Origin: Octopus sinensis
Lineage: Eukaryota
Reading direction: 5' to 3'
NCBI RefSeq assembly: GCF_006345805.1
Contig: NC_043017.1
Location: 29,822,001-29,886,000, forward strand
DNA length: 64,000 nucleotides
Shown here: positions 40,121-53,249 of the stretch, in pieces
Layout of the letters: each line of letters opens with the position of its first letter
How positions within the stretch are numbered: position 1 is the first letter of the stretch
The notes under the pieces: generated by a model
Databases searched by the model: none
What the model saw: only the letters and a program-made list of their open reading frames with translations
What the model was told of the DNA's origin: nothing
Translations under genes and position numbers: made by a program

Positions 40121-42498
40121 TATGTTCCTTATTAAATATAACTCTGTATAACGATCAATGGAAATTTTGAAACAAATCTACCTGTTTCCTGAGTCAGACG
40201 TAGCGACGTGGCTCCAAATTCTTTAGGATTAACTGAAAATATGTCCACGTTTCTTAATTAAGCACATTTATCTCTCGTGAAGAATCTATTTGTTTGCTAT
40301 TCCCTTTGGCATGCTTTCTTTGAAAAAATACGTTCTCAAATTAATGTTCACTTTCTGCATTGAGAAAAGTCTGCCTCGACAATCAATGATTTAAGAGCAG
40401 CATTTACTTTGTCTGTCAAGAATGAATAATATATAATACTTAAAACGGACGACTCGCCGACAAACTTCTAGCATCCGGGTAACTCTAAATAAATTAGTAA
40501 GGACGTAGTATTGTCCACCACAAAAGAATGCGCAATAATAATTTTAAAAAAACCCACAAAATGCACGCTTTTATGAAAACAATTAAATATAGTAAGTTAT
40601 ACGTTTAATGTAAAACACAAAAGTAATTTTCAAAATGATTTTAATATCGACGATTACAAAATATGCCGTTCTGTGTTCAAACCACAGATAATCCTTCGGC
40701 CTTATCTTGGCTCGGATGTATTATCACTTAATTTTTCTGGTGTTGCTTCACATATAACGTCTTAAAAATGCACAATCCCCTCTGCCAGGCTCGAATCTGA
40801 ATCTCTGAACATTTTGTTCAGTTACAAAATATATTGTAATCGATGGAAGCAGAAAACGTTTAGTTTGTCAATGTTTCATTTTTCCTGATTTATGAGTCCC
40901 ACTGTCCATAAAATATAAAAGATCGTAACGATCACGTTACTGTAATATATTTCTGTTCGTGTGTGGGTGCGTGGCCCAGTGATTGGGGTGTTGCACTCAC
41001 AATCACGAGGTCGTGGTTTCAATTCCTGGACCGGGTGTTTTCGAGCAAAACATTTCAACTGACGTTGGTCTGCAATTACCTCGACACCTGACGTGTGGTA
41101 CATCGTGCAGCTGACACGCAACGTTTATTATATGTAGAGAGTGAGCTAATATACATGACAAATACTAAATCACTATAAAGACATTATTTGTGCACATTGT
41201 CCAGCGAGATATTACAGTACCATATTTTCCCGACTGTTTCAGATTATTGTCATAAAATAGCTATTCGTTTTTATCGATGGATATTCCTATTTCGCATACC
41301 CTTGTTTTTACTTGCTTGTGTTTATGCTTCAATATTTTCTAGCTTTATTTTACATAGATGTATCCCATCATTGTGGGCACTCTTATTGACAGAGGTGCCA
41401 CAACTAACCGCTCAACATCATCCTACCTTCAGAAAAAGGTGATATTAGCTCTAAACATTTAATGATGTTTGCGTTGTTCTATAAATCAAACTTACTATAT
41501 TATAAAATTACAATGATATTTTGTACGGATCATTATTTTAAGGTACGTCGTTTGATAATTTGGAGTGAAAATGAATTGACTTCAGCGTAATATATGTATT
41601 GCAATAATAATAATAGATATGGTTGAATCACCACCGAATTCTGTTATTAATACCTGCTGTGCTACTAAAAGTAAGCTTATTGAATACTAGTTCTACAGTC
41701 TCCCAATAGATGTCAGCAGAAATTTTAGTAAATTAAAGCTTGATCTACGTTAACTTTCATCTTGGATCAGTCTAACTTCAAAAGCACACGTAAACACACA
41801 CGCACACGAGCGCATGCATGCAAACATCTGCACGCACGCACACATACATTTACTGACTCTTTTCTTCCCCCATATATATGAATCCATACATTTGACTAAA
41901 TCACGATAGCAGAATGATAGAAAGAAAGGGATAAATTGAGAAGGAAACTCCAACATGAACACAGGAAAGTATGGAGATAGTTATTAGCTAAATATTAGTA
42001 TATTCCTAATGCCGTGTTACACGCCATGGATTTTATATAAGTATATTAGGATGAAAACAAAGAATAACAAATAGGCGTTTATATTTATATCTACCTATTA
42101 GTCTAGGTAAGATTTAAAATACGTTTGATATGATGTTGGCATTTCATATGTCATACAGATATCTGTTCTACTCATCAACAAGGATTGTTAGAAAGAAACT
42201 GTCTTGCGTTGTTTAGTTTCGAACATTTACATTTTGAGATCAAATCCAGGTCAAGTTAATCTAATAGCAACTCGTACAGTATTGGAGTTTGAGAATCTGT
42301 ATGCAAAACGAAACTTTCTGTTTGTTGTACACTTCTCTGCACGATACGCTACTTTGCTTTTGTTCCTTCCCTGACAGTTTGTGATTCATATAAACTTAAT
42401 TTGATTAATGCAGTTTACCTGCTCCAGTACATATATTTGTAGGAAATGTAGTGATATACACACACACATACATATATATGTGTGTGTGTGTTTGTGTC

Positions 42499-42533
<35 letters not shown>

Positions 42534-42534
<1 letters not shown>

Positions 42535-42721
42535 ATGTGACCTCGTGAGTACCGCAGGCGATTTTTTTCCCTCTGTCTTCCCTTCTATATTTCCGACGAA
42601 GAGCTCCGCTCGAAACGTTGAACCCTCCTTCTTCCCTTCTTTCCGGAGCGTTCAATAATACTTTATTTGTTCCACGTCCCCGTGTTGTTGTGTTTTTTTT
42701 GTGTTTTGTTTGGATTAACTT
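42534..42721 (+). mobile_element. Penelope-LTR-like family 1 copy, hammerhead motif with U4C change (42589-42623)
   Basis: ATTT-CCGACGA-A-GAGC-TCC-GCTC-GAA-ACGT-T-GAAC; (TA)n at both ends. Confidence 0.75.
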
Positions 42722-42754
42722 TATATATATATATATATATTTGAAATTTGCAGA

Positions 42755-42885
42755 AGAACAAATGACGGAGACAGGTGTATGAAAAAAAAGCAATAGTCTG
42801 ACGCTCAGGAAAGTTACAAAGTCTTTTATGTTTTGAGCCTGCGCTCTTCAACTGAAAGATATATGAGGGAATAAACAGAAAGACA
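42755..42885 (-). mobile_element. Penelope-LTR-like family 2 copy (degenerate hammerhead 42823-42858)
   Basis: Minus strand CTTT-CAGTTGA-A-GAGC-GCAG-GCTC-AAA-ACAT-A-AAAG: same architecture as family 1. Confidence 0.6.
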
Positions 42886-43660
42886 TATATATACACATAC
42901 GCAAACATACAGCGGGCTTCCTTAGTTTCTGTTTATCTGATCCACTCCCCAGTCATTGTTTGGTTTCTGGTTATAATTTAGCAAGTTTCTTACCACACAG
43001 CCACGCCTTTACTTCATCCAATCTCCCTTCTTTAATCTGTTCCATGTTCGCTTTCTTTTAGTTGAAGACGATACAGCGGTATCCTCATTATAGGTGACAT
43101 GATGTGGGGCTGAATTCTGTTATAACTTCGCTTATATCTCAGAAAAATTTGCTACCATAATACCAAGTCGCATGGATAACATTATGAGCTACTTAAGAGA
43201 CGAATATTTTAATCCGTGTCTCAGCAACAGAACCCTGTCGGAGTATGACATTTATAAACTGTAATATATAAATATTTATGCGTAACCATAAAAACTAAAA
43301 GCTAACCATCCTTACTATTGCTAGATTTCATTACTATTAAGTTAAAGGCGATGAACATGTGTAAGCAGATACTTCCTTGACTGTTCTCTTGTTGTGATAT
43401 GCCTTTAGCTCAACATAGTACTACGTGGTTAATAAACATACGGTGAATTATTTGGGAGGATAAAAATATCCTACTTGAAATAATATGCAAAGAACTTGAT
43501 ACGCAAACAAAAATATATTTCTCAATTTACTGACGTTGCGTAAACATCTAAGATAGGATTCCCAAACCGTTTTAATCTCTGACATCTTCAGTATATATTT
43601 CCTCTTTAATTACGCCCTTCAAACTCTAACCCATCCTGGAATGGATATGAAAATTACACC

Positions 43661-44080
43661 GGATCTTTTCGGTCTGACCGCCAGTTTTTTAAATAATTTT
43701 CACGTAACTAAACACATTTAAACTTTGTATACTGGTAGAATGTGTTTATAAAACATCTTTTTCTCTTGGCTTTATTGAGAAAAGTCTATGGTTTGTAAGA
43801 TATTTGTTTTTTTTTCTTCTTCAATTCCTGCAATTTTAACCAATCAATGACGTCTATTGAGGTGAAAACTTTCTGTGCCGTATGAATATGACCTTCGTTT
43901 AAGAAACAGATTGGGTTTATTTACATTTCTGAAGAAAGAAATATACCCCTAATCGTAACCCTAACTAAACCTAACTCTAAAATAGATTGAAATGCAATAG
44001 ATCGATACTAGGGTCATAATTATGGGTGAAATTTCATATGACACCGCGAGAAAAAACTGCCGTTCAAACCAAAAAAATCC
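43661..44080. mobile_element. Second Merlin-like MITE copy
   Basis: Collinear with 35517-35937; TSD ATTACACC at 43653-43660 and 44081-44088. Confidence 0.85.
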
Positions 44081-44494
44081 ATTACACCTATTAAATATGT
44101 TTATATTTCTAATCTCATGCATAAATGTCTAGACATTGCTAACATTGTTTCATCATGATAAAAATTTGTATCCAGTATCTGATTCCCTTCGATATGAGAG
44201 ATTGGTAAAGCCTTGCACACACTCTCATCTCATTAAGTTGGAGATTAAGATTACCTCTGTCAGAAGACATAAAATAACTTGTAATGTTGCTAAGAAAGAA
44301 GCACTACATTTCCTTAGATAGGCAGCAACAATTCACACAATGCCATACGGTGTAGTAAAAGTTTGAGGACTTGCTGCTTGAAAAATATACCTCATTTTGA
44401 GAAATATTCCTGAAAGTTTCCTTATAAATCTTTTCTGAGAGGTTGTGTGTCTGTCTCCTACGATTTAGATTCCTAACTACTCCCACATTTTGCG

Positions 44495-44760
44495 GTGCAG
44501 TTTAACTAAAACCGGGTATCTATAGTCGTGATTCATATCGAGCCCTTCTGGGTATTAGCGCGCGTCTACGATGAGTCTACGATTTAAAAAAGAATTACCA
44601 TATTTTTTCCATTTTAATGCATTTTTCGCTATTATATAAGGGAAGTAACTCTCTAAAAATGTCTACGATGAGTCAACGATTTAAAAAAAAAATTACCATC
44701 ATTTTATTTTCCATTTTTATTGCACATTTTTGCTATTATTTGGCTATAACTCTCTAAAAA
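44495..44760 (-). mobile_element. Helitron-like element fragment with internal ~95 bp tandem repeat
   Basis: ...ttggctataactctctaaaaa is the reverse complement of the interior of 3617-3999; gtctacgatgagtc(t/a)acgatttaaaaaa occurs twice. Confidence 0.5.
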
Positions 44761-45091
44761 TTACAATATCGATCCCTAATGTAGTATTTACCGAACAAAC
44801 GAAGAATGACATAGCACCGGGTCAAATTTGTTTTTAGCAATTAGCTCACTTACTTATTAGCTGATGAAATGAAGCCATGTATTGCAGACTATTTAAACGA
44901 TTATATAACTGCCATCATCAAATGTGTGGCCTTGTGCCAAATTAATTAACTGTTATTATCTAAGAAAACCAAGAAACGGAGAAAGTAGAAGAAATTCTAA
45001 GACACCGAATGGAATTACAATATTCAAACTTATCCCTCTAATTCCAAACGACTTAAACGTTTCAAATCGATTTTACGCTTTATCCCTCTAG

Positions 45092-45320
45092 AGTCAGCAA
45101 GTATAAGACATGTACCGGGTTCAATAATATCCAGTATACTTTTCAAAACAAAACTGTGTTCTTGCTCCGAAGTATCAGATCAATAATCTCTAAGCCATCA
45201 GAGGCAATTTGCCAGAAACGGCAGTAAGATGAACTAAACGACACACACTGTTTACCTCGTCTTAGAATTACCGGGAAATATTTCATCACTGTATCATTAT
45301 ATAATTCCTCGATCGATGGA
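45092..45320 (+). other. Candidate exon pair 45092-45223 and 45266-45320 (phase-compatible)
   Basis: Good acceptors and GTAAG donors; VSKYKTCTGFNNIQYTFQNKTVFLLRSIRSIISKPSEAICQKRQ + ITGKYFITVSLYNSSIDG; the implied intron is only 42 nt. Confidence 0.2.
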
Positions 45321-45482
45321 GTAAGTGCCAGAAATATTATTGCGCATTTTTAAATAAAAGTGTCTTTTATTGATAAAAACTAACACATAATTGTTATTTC
45401 AGGTATTTTATGCAAAATGCATTAATACTAGCCCGAATCTGTATGATTATAGAGTTATATACGCAGAAAACCTTTGTATTTG

Positions 45483-45533
<51 letters not shown>

Positions 45534-45572
45534 TGTAGCCCACTAATATTTAATTTCTAGCAATAATAAAGC

Positions 45573-45772
45573 TTCGAGCTGGCAGAAAAGTTAGCACGCC
45601 AGGCGAAATGCCTAGCGGTATTTCGTCTGCCGTTACGTTCTGAGTTCAAATTCCGCCGAGGTCGACTTTGCCTTTCATCCTTTCGGGGTCGATAAATTAA
45701 GTACCAGTTACGTAATCCCTTTGTCTGTCCTTGTTTGTCCCCTCTATGTTTAGCCCCTTGTGGGTAATAAAG

Positions 45773-45776
<4 letters not shown>
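45573..45776 (+). mobile_element. SINE family B
   Basis: gagctggcagaaaagttagcacgccaggcgaaatg...gttctgagttcaaattccgccgagg... (B-box-like GTTCAAATTC). Confidence 0.88.
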
Positions 45777-45834
<58 letters not shown>

Positions 45835-47219
45835 ATATATATTGTGTTTGTAGCCCACTAATATTTAATTTCTAGCAATTATAAAGCGGCGAGCTGCCGT
45901 ACGCTGGGCGAAATGCTTAGCCTTATTTCAAATTCCACTGAGGTCGACTTTGCCATTCATTCTTTCGGGGTCGATGAATTAAATACCAGTTGAGTGCTAG
46001 AGTCGATATAATCGACAAGCCGCTTCCCCACATTTCAGGCCTTTTGCCTAAGCGCTAAGTTAAGGGGATGTAAGCACACAAGCAACAGTTGTCAAGCTAT
46101 GCTGGAGAGACAAACACACAAACATGCATACATGTATATATATAAATGTGTGTGCATGTGTGTGTATACGACGTTTTTTTTTCAGTTTACGTCTGACAAA
46201 TCCAATCACAAGCTTTGGTCGGCCCGAGGTTATAGCAGAAGACACTTGCCCAAGGTACCACGCAGTGGGATTGAACCCGGAACCATGTGGTTGGTAAGCA
46301 AGATACTTTATTTCATTAAATTTGTCATGAAGACAGTAGAAATATTGTGTAGCTTTGCGGGCTGGACAAACACAATAATTGAAAATGAAGTAAAATAAAT
46401 AAATGAGAGGCGAAATCCAACACTTGTCGATTGGATTTTTCTCGAAAACATATTTTCTTCTTTTTAAAAATTAATATGAGGTTTCAAACCTCTTACAAGA
46501 AGGAGGCACTAACACTCTTGATATGTTTTTTTTTAAACACACAGTTGAGGTTATAAACCACTAGAAATAATACAATAAGATGAGGTTTCAAACACTCTAA
46601 CAATACTTTTTTCACCTCCTACTCATCGATATATCCGCCAATATATCCCTCATTATGTTCAATGCCACCTCAGTTCCATATCCCGCCATTTCCATGCCTC
46701 ACTCATGCAGGGCATGTAAGTCGGGTAAGGGCCACCCGGACAAATAGTCTTTTAGTTCATTGTCTATAACTGGCTTTAGGAAGACGGTGACGGTTTCAAG
46801 AACTATGAGGGCGGCGAGCTGGCAGAACCGTTAGCACGCCAGGCGAAATGCGTAGCCGTATTTCGTCAGCCGTTACGTTCTGAGTTCAAATTTCGCCGAG
46901 GTCGACTTTGCCTTTCATCCTTTCATGGTCAATTAAATAAGTACCAGTTACGCACTGGGGTCGGTGTAATCGACTTAATCCGTTTGTCTGTCCTTGTTTG
47001 TTCCTTCTGTGTTTATTCCCTTGTGGGTAGTAAAGAAATAGGTATTTCATCTGGCGCTACGTTCTGAGTTCAAATTCCGCCGAGGTCGACCTTGCCTTTC
47101 ATCCTTTCAGGGTCGATTAAATAAGTACTAGTTACGCACTGGGGTCGATATAATCGCCTTAATCCGTTTTTCTGTCCTTGTTTGTCCTCTCTGTGTTTAG
47201 CCCCTTGTGGGTAATAAAG

Positions 47220-47281
<62 letters not shown>

Positions 47282-48662
47282 ATATATATATTGTGTTTGT
47301 AGCCCACTAATATTTAATTTCTAGCAATTATAAAGCGGCGAGCTGCCGTACGCTGGGCGAAATGCTTAGCCTTATTTCAAATTCCACTGAGGTCGACTTT
47401 GCCATTCATTCTTTCGGGGTCGATGAATTAAATACCAGTTGAGTGCTAGAGTCGATATAATCGACAAGCCGCTTCCCCACATTTCAGGCCTTTTGCCTAA
47501 GCGCTAAGTTAAGGGGATGTAAGCACACAAGCAACAGTTGTCAAGCTATGCTGGAGAGACAAACACACAAACATGCATACATGTATATATATAAATGTGT
47601 GTGCATGTGTGTGTATACGACGTTTTTTTTTCAGTTTACGTCTGACAAATCCAATCACAAGGCTTTGGTCGGCCCGAGGTTATAGCAGAAGACACTTGCC
47701 CAAGGTACCACGCAGTGGGATTGAACCCGGAACCATGTGGTTGGTAAGCAAGATACTTTATTTCATTAAATTTGTCATGAAGACAGTAGAAATATTGTGT
47801 AGCTTTGCGGGCTGGACAAACACAATAATTGAAAATGAAGTAAAATAAATAAATGAGAGGCGAAATCCAACACTTGTCGATTGGATTTTTCTCGAAAACA
47901 TATTTTCTTCTTTTTAAAAATTAATATGAGGTTTCAAACCTCTTACAAGAAGGAGGCACTAACACTCTTGATATGTTTTTTTTTAAACACACAGTTGAGG
48001 TTATAAACCACTAGAAATAATACAATAAGATGAGGTTTCAAACACTCTAACAATACTTTTTTCACCTCCTACTCATCGATATATCCGCCAATATATCCCT
48101 CATTATGTTCAATGCCACCTCAGTTCCATATCCCGCCATTTCCCATGCCTCACTCATGCAGGGCATGTAAGTCGGGTAAGGGCCACCCGGACAAATAGTC
48201 TTTTAGTTCATTGTCTATAACTGGCTTTAGGAAGACGGTGACGGTTTCAAGAACTATGAGGGCGGCGAGCTGGCAGAACCGTTAGCACGCCAGGCGAAAT
48301 GCGTAGCCGTATTTCGTCAGCCGTTACGTTCTGAGTTCAAATTTCGCCGAGGTCGACTTTGCCTTTCATCCTTTCATGGTCAATTAAATAAGTACCAGTT
48401 ACGCACTGGGGTCGGTGTAATCGACTTAATCCGTTTGTCTGTCCTTGTTTGTTCCTTCTGTGTTTATTCCCTTGTGGGTAGTAAAGAAATAGGTATTTCA
48501 TCTGGCGCTACGTTCTGAGTTCAAATTCCGCCGAGGTCGACCTTGCCTTTCATCCTTTCAGGGTCGATTAAATAAGTACTAGTTACGCACTGGGGTCGAT
48601 ATAATCGCCTTAATCCGTTTTTCTGTCCTTGTTTGTCCTCTCTGTGTTTAGCCCCTTGTGGG
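45747..48662. repeat. Near-identical tandem duplication, ~1.45 kb unit (45747-47193 / 47194-48644)
   Basis: Offset 1447-1451 bp; each unit contains a degenerate family B SINE, a family A 5' part and a family B head plus two body units. Confidence 0.97.
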
Positions 48663-48702
48663 CAGTAAAGAAATAGGTATGAAGAACTTTAGAATAACTT
48701 CT

Positions 48703-48805
48703 AATCACCACTGCCTCTTCTCCATATCTTTTAACCACTGCTTAGGCGGGTTAATCTCCCAGTCCAAGACAGAGTTTTTAAGTTCCTTCTCTGCCATGTC
48801 CAAAC
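48703..48805 (-). mobile_element. Possible RTE-type LINE 3' ORF remnant
   Basis: LDMAEKELKNSVLDWEINPPKQWLKDMEKRQW* resembles the RTE C-terminal 'EKELK..GLSW....K.A.DR..W' pattern (recall). Confidence 0.35.
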
Positions 48806-50351
48806 AAAAAAAAAAAACCAAGTTCAAAAGTATGTAAAAAAAAACAGTCTGCCAAAAAATTAAAACAATAAAAATAAAAGTAAAAAAAATAAAAGAGAAG
48901 GAAAGGAAACTGAATTTAAAATAATGAAAAGAATGAACCAAAATTTAGAAAGAAAGAAAAAATGGAAGGGAAAAATTAAAAGAAAACCTCACAAATAGAA
49001 CAGACATGGAATCCTTTGTATAATTCTCCAACAGGTAATCCAATAGTCGGGGTTCTTCTTGAAGTACTGCAGTTACGTACAATCCGTTCTTTCTAACGAG
49101 ATACTCCAACTAGTTTACAAATTATTTGGCGAAAAACACCAATGAAATTTCTCAACAAAAATTCTCAATTCACCGTTATGGCGATGAGAACACAATATTT
49201 TTGCTCGCTAGAGGGAGCCTTAATTGACAATTTTTTTTCTTTTTTTTTCTATCCACGGAGCCAAAGCTCACGTCTCCTCCTCACTGTAACACTCTAGACC
49301 AACTAGTGTTGCATTCTGGGTAAATGGAAGTAAGCAAGCTACTTACCATTCACCCACTCCTGCGCTTTTATACAAATAAATAATCCGTAGGACATGTATT
49401 GATTATACATCACTTACTAAACCAATGTATATGCGTGTCTTCGTAAAATCATATATATATATACATACATATATACATACACACTGAAACACACACACGC
49501 ATGCATACTTACATGCTTGTATCTCTAACTCCCTTAGCTAATTACTTAAATTTTTTTGCCAGGAAAATGAGAGGTAAATGTTTTTCGAATGATTATTATG
49601 ATATAATTTTTCCTAATTTTTTTTTTTATGCTTAATATACAATATTTGAATTTGCCAAAAGCTTTTTCCTCGTTTTCCTTTTTGCTAATTTTAACAGTGA
49701 AATCAATCAAAATAATTAGGTTTTTTTTTTACATTTGTGTGAGCATATATTTTAAAACATTCTCCGTGGAAAACAATAATTAGAAATATATTTATGAAAT
49801 AAAGAAAAAATCTTCAAATCTAGAACTGATTGGAACATGAGTACTATTTTCTGAATAACATATTTCTCCTCACGCCTTCCAATCGCTTTGTTTATTCCGA
49901 TACAAATTTTCTTCACAATGATAGATAATAATTTCTGATTAATTGTCGTGTGAAATGCAGAAGTGGCTGTAGAGTATAACAAATTGGGAACGAACCTTTT
50001 TCAGTTAACAACGATTTTCCTATCTATATTGCCAAGCGTATAAGCATCGATGATGAATGATTTCTACTCTATCTAAAGCATCTTGCCCTGTGATTAGATC
50101 GCTGTGTGTCTTGTTAGAATGTGATACCATCGCATGTCTACTTACAGTCACTATGATTCTGGCCCCCACACGTCTCCCCACTCTCTCCCACTGTTACCTA
50201 CCTTCTGCATTTAGACGTCTCTAAATATTCAAGGATCTATATTCTAATGTGATCCCCTGTGAACCCTGGCCTGTGACAATTCCTCTAGTTGTTAAGAAGT
50301 TTTCCATGACATTTCAATTAATCAAACTCGGTGGTTTCCAACCAAAGTCCA

Positions 50352-50430
50352 TATGACACTTGGACGTCCATATAAGATTTTGCAATTAAATATTAATTGC
50401 AAAATCTTATATGGACGTCCAAGAGTCATA
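50352..50430. repeat. Near-perfect palindrome (38 bp arms, 1 mismatch, 3 nt loop)
   Basis: tatgacacttggacgtccatataagattttgcaattaa-ata-ttaattgcaaaatcttatatggacgtccaagagtcata. Confidence 0.95.
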
Positions 50431-51939
50431 ATAAATTAACAGCTTTAATCCACTATAGTTTTGATTATAAAAATAAACTAGAATAAAAAAAAATCGGATA
50501 GATATGATGGTCCGTCCGAAAAAATAGAAATTAGAAATCAGTGAACCACAGGTAAAAATTTGATTGAGAATCACTAAACGAAATCAAACATTTCTTCACA
50601 TTATCTGTTTAGGATATCTTTACTAGAAATGCCAGGAACAAAATCGCAGAGCATTGATAGGATTTGGCACTTATTTATTTTGCATTCCATGTAACATGGC
50701 TTTATAAGCACGGGTTCAATGTTTTCTTATATAACCATCTGATAACATTAAGCAGAGGATAAATCAATAATTCTTAATATATTTGCAGAAGATATAAGAC
50801 TTATGAGATTAATTATTTTATATCATAACCCATGCTAGTAGATAGTTACAAGTCAAGCTAAACAAGCAACTATCGGCAACCCTCCTTAGCATGCACCATG
50901 ATTCTTCTGTGCTTCGTCTAAAAACCAGTGCAGCGTCATTTAGTTTCAACTGTTGATACACAGACCATGGGTGTGATTTCGAATCTGAGGTCAATTTGCC
51001 GTACATCTTTACGGGGATCAACAGAATATTTATCAGTCAAGTATATCACTTCGATATAATACACGTTAGCCTAGCCATAAATATATGTACATGTGTGTAT
51101 GACAGCAATCTGCATTACTATTATTATTATTATTATTATGAAATTTTTTAATGTCTGCTCTTTGCAATTAGCCCGAAACTAATACCATTAACAGAATAAA
51201 TTAGGAAAACTATCAGCAAACGTTAATTCTGTGATAAAATGAGTTATCAAAGGATTATAAAACGCACAGAACATTAATTCCGTAATAGAATTATATCATG
51301 TTAGATGCACACATGGGAGTAAGGCAAGATTATATATTATGTACATAATACATGTAATTACTATCTGTACACTCAGGGGTGTTCACATATCTCTATCTCT
51401 CTCTCACACACACTCACATAAATATCTACCACGGAACATAATCTTGCAAAACTAAGTGCAGCCGCCATTAATGAAGGGGATTGAAAATACAAAATCATTA
51501 TCAACCTGGCTCCTGGATGAGTATGAGGATATAAACTCGATATTTTGTAAACGTTCAATCAGATTAAGTTCAATGATGTAATTGATACTATGGGAGCATT
51601 TAATTGAAACTGATTTTCGAAGAGAAGCCTGATCAAATATTGGAGTCATCATTTTAAACATTCGCACACCAACTATATTGGAAGTAAGATGCTTATCCAG
51701 CGTTTAGATAATTTAATGAAACATAATGCGAAATCAGGCATTCGAAGACATGGTGAGAGACTGCGTCAAAAGAATCGTGTAAAAGCAATGTTCATAGATG
51801 AGTTGTACCTGTTCCGTTGTGGTGAGAAAAGTAGGAAATGCGGGCAAGATGGAGAAAGGAAATCCGAAGCGTTATATACTCCTTAGGATAAGTAAGTATA
51901 CTGAAAACGAATATGAAGATTCTTGAATGTGTACATGAA

Positions 51940-52280
51940 GGGAAGAAGAAGAAGGAGAAGGAAGAGGAGGAGAAGAAGAAGAAGAAGAACAGAAGAAGAA
52001 GACGGAGAACAAGAAAACGTAGAAGAAGAGGAAGAGGAAGACGGAGAAGGAGAAGAAGGAGGTGAAGAAGAAGAATAAGACGGAGGAGAAGAAGAAGGAG
52101 AAGAAGAAGAATAAGACGGAGAAGAAGGAGAACAAGAACAAGAAGACGACGGAGAAGAAGAAGACGGAGAAGAAGACGGAGAAGAAGAAGAACAAGAAGA
52201 AGAACAAGAAGAGGAATTAGACGTAGAATAAGAAGAAGACGAAGAAGAAGAAGACGGGGAAAGAAGAAGAAGGAAAAGAC
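51940..52280 (+). repeat. Purine-rich (GAA/GGA/GAC)n tract
   Basis: Directly visible. Confidence 0.95.
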
Positions 52281-52432
52281 TGAGTTAATATACTAGGATG
52301 GTACTTTGTTTATTGACATGAATTGATAGAAAGCAAATTTGGCAGAAGCAAGATTTGAACTCAAAGAGCAGCATATCTGTAAGAGTGTTGTAAAGCATTT
52401 AACCGATTGTAATGTCTCCGGCAATTCTCAAC

Positions 52433-52468
<36 letters not shown>

Positions 52469-52560
52469 AACTCATTGGATTACAGTTCCCAGGATATATT
52501 GTGATCGATAAAAAAATGAGATGAACAGGACTGAAATGGTTATAACTTTGATCATATATC

Positions 52561-53160
52561 TGTTTCTTTATTGCCCACAAGGGGCTAAACATAGAGGGGA
52601 CAAACAAGGACAGACAAACGGATTAAGTCGATTACATCGACCCAGTGCGTTACTGGTACTTAATGTATCTACCCCGAAAGGATGAAAGGCAAAGTTGACC
52701 TCGGCGGAATTTGAACTCAGAACGTAACGGCAGACGAAATACGTATTTCTTTACTACCCACAAGGGGCTAAACATAGAGGGGACAAACAAGGACAGACAA
52801 ACGGATTAAGTCGATTATATCGACCCCAGTGCGTAACTGGTACTTAATTTATCGACCCCGAAAGGATGAAAGGCAAAGTCGACCTCGGCGGAATTTGAAC
52901 TCAGAACGTAACGGCAGACGAAATACGTATTTCTTTACTACCCACAAGGGGCTAAACACAGAGGGGACAAACAAGGATAGACAAACGGATTAAGTCGATT
53001 ATATCGACCCCAGTGCGTAACTGGTACTTAATTTATCGACCCCGATACGATGAAAGGCAAAGTTGACCTCGGTGGAATTTGAACTCAGAACGTAACGGCA
53101 GACGAAATACGGCTACGCTTTTCGCCCGGCGTGCTAACGGTTCTGCCAGCTCGCCGCCTT
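52561..53160 (-). mobile_element. SINE family B: one head plus three tandem ~184 bp body units
   Basis: Units start near 52561, 52745 and 52929; head ...ttctgccagctcgccgcc at 53120-53160. Confidence 0.92.
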
Positions 53161-53249
53161 GATCATATATCTACTTCATCAGAGATAACCTGTGGTTAAA
53201 CAACGACCGTAATAACATACAATAGCCTTGACGTATGCAAGAGGTGGAA

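Noticed and set aside
46810-46900. tRNA-like sequences with A/B-box motifs (many copies)
   Set aside because: They are SINE heads continuing into repeat bodies; no complete cloverleaf was seen.
52561-53100. Regularly spaced direct repeats superficially like a CRISPR array
   Set aside because: Units are ~184 bp contiguous SINE bodies without unique spacers, in eukaryotic DNA with no cas genes.
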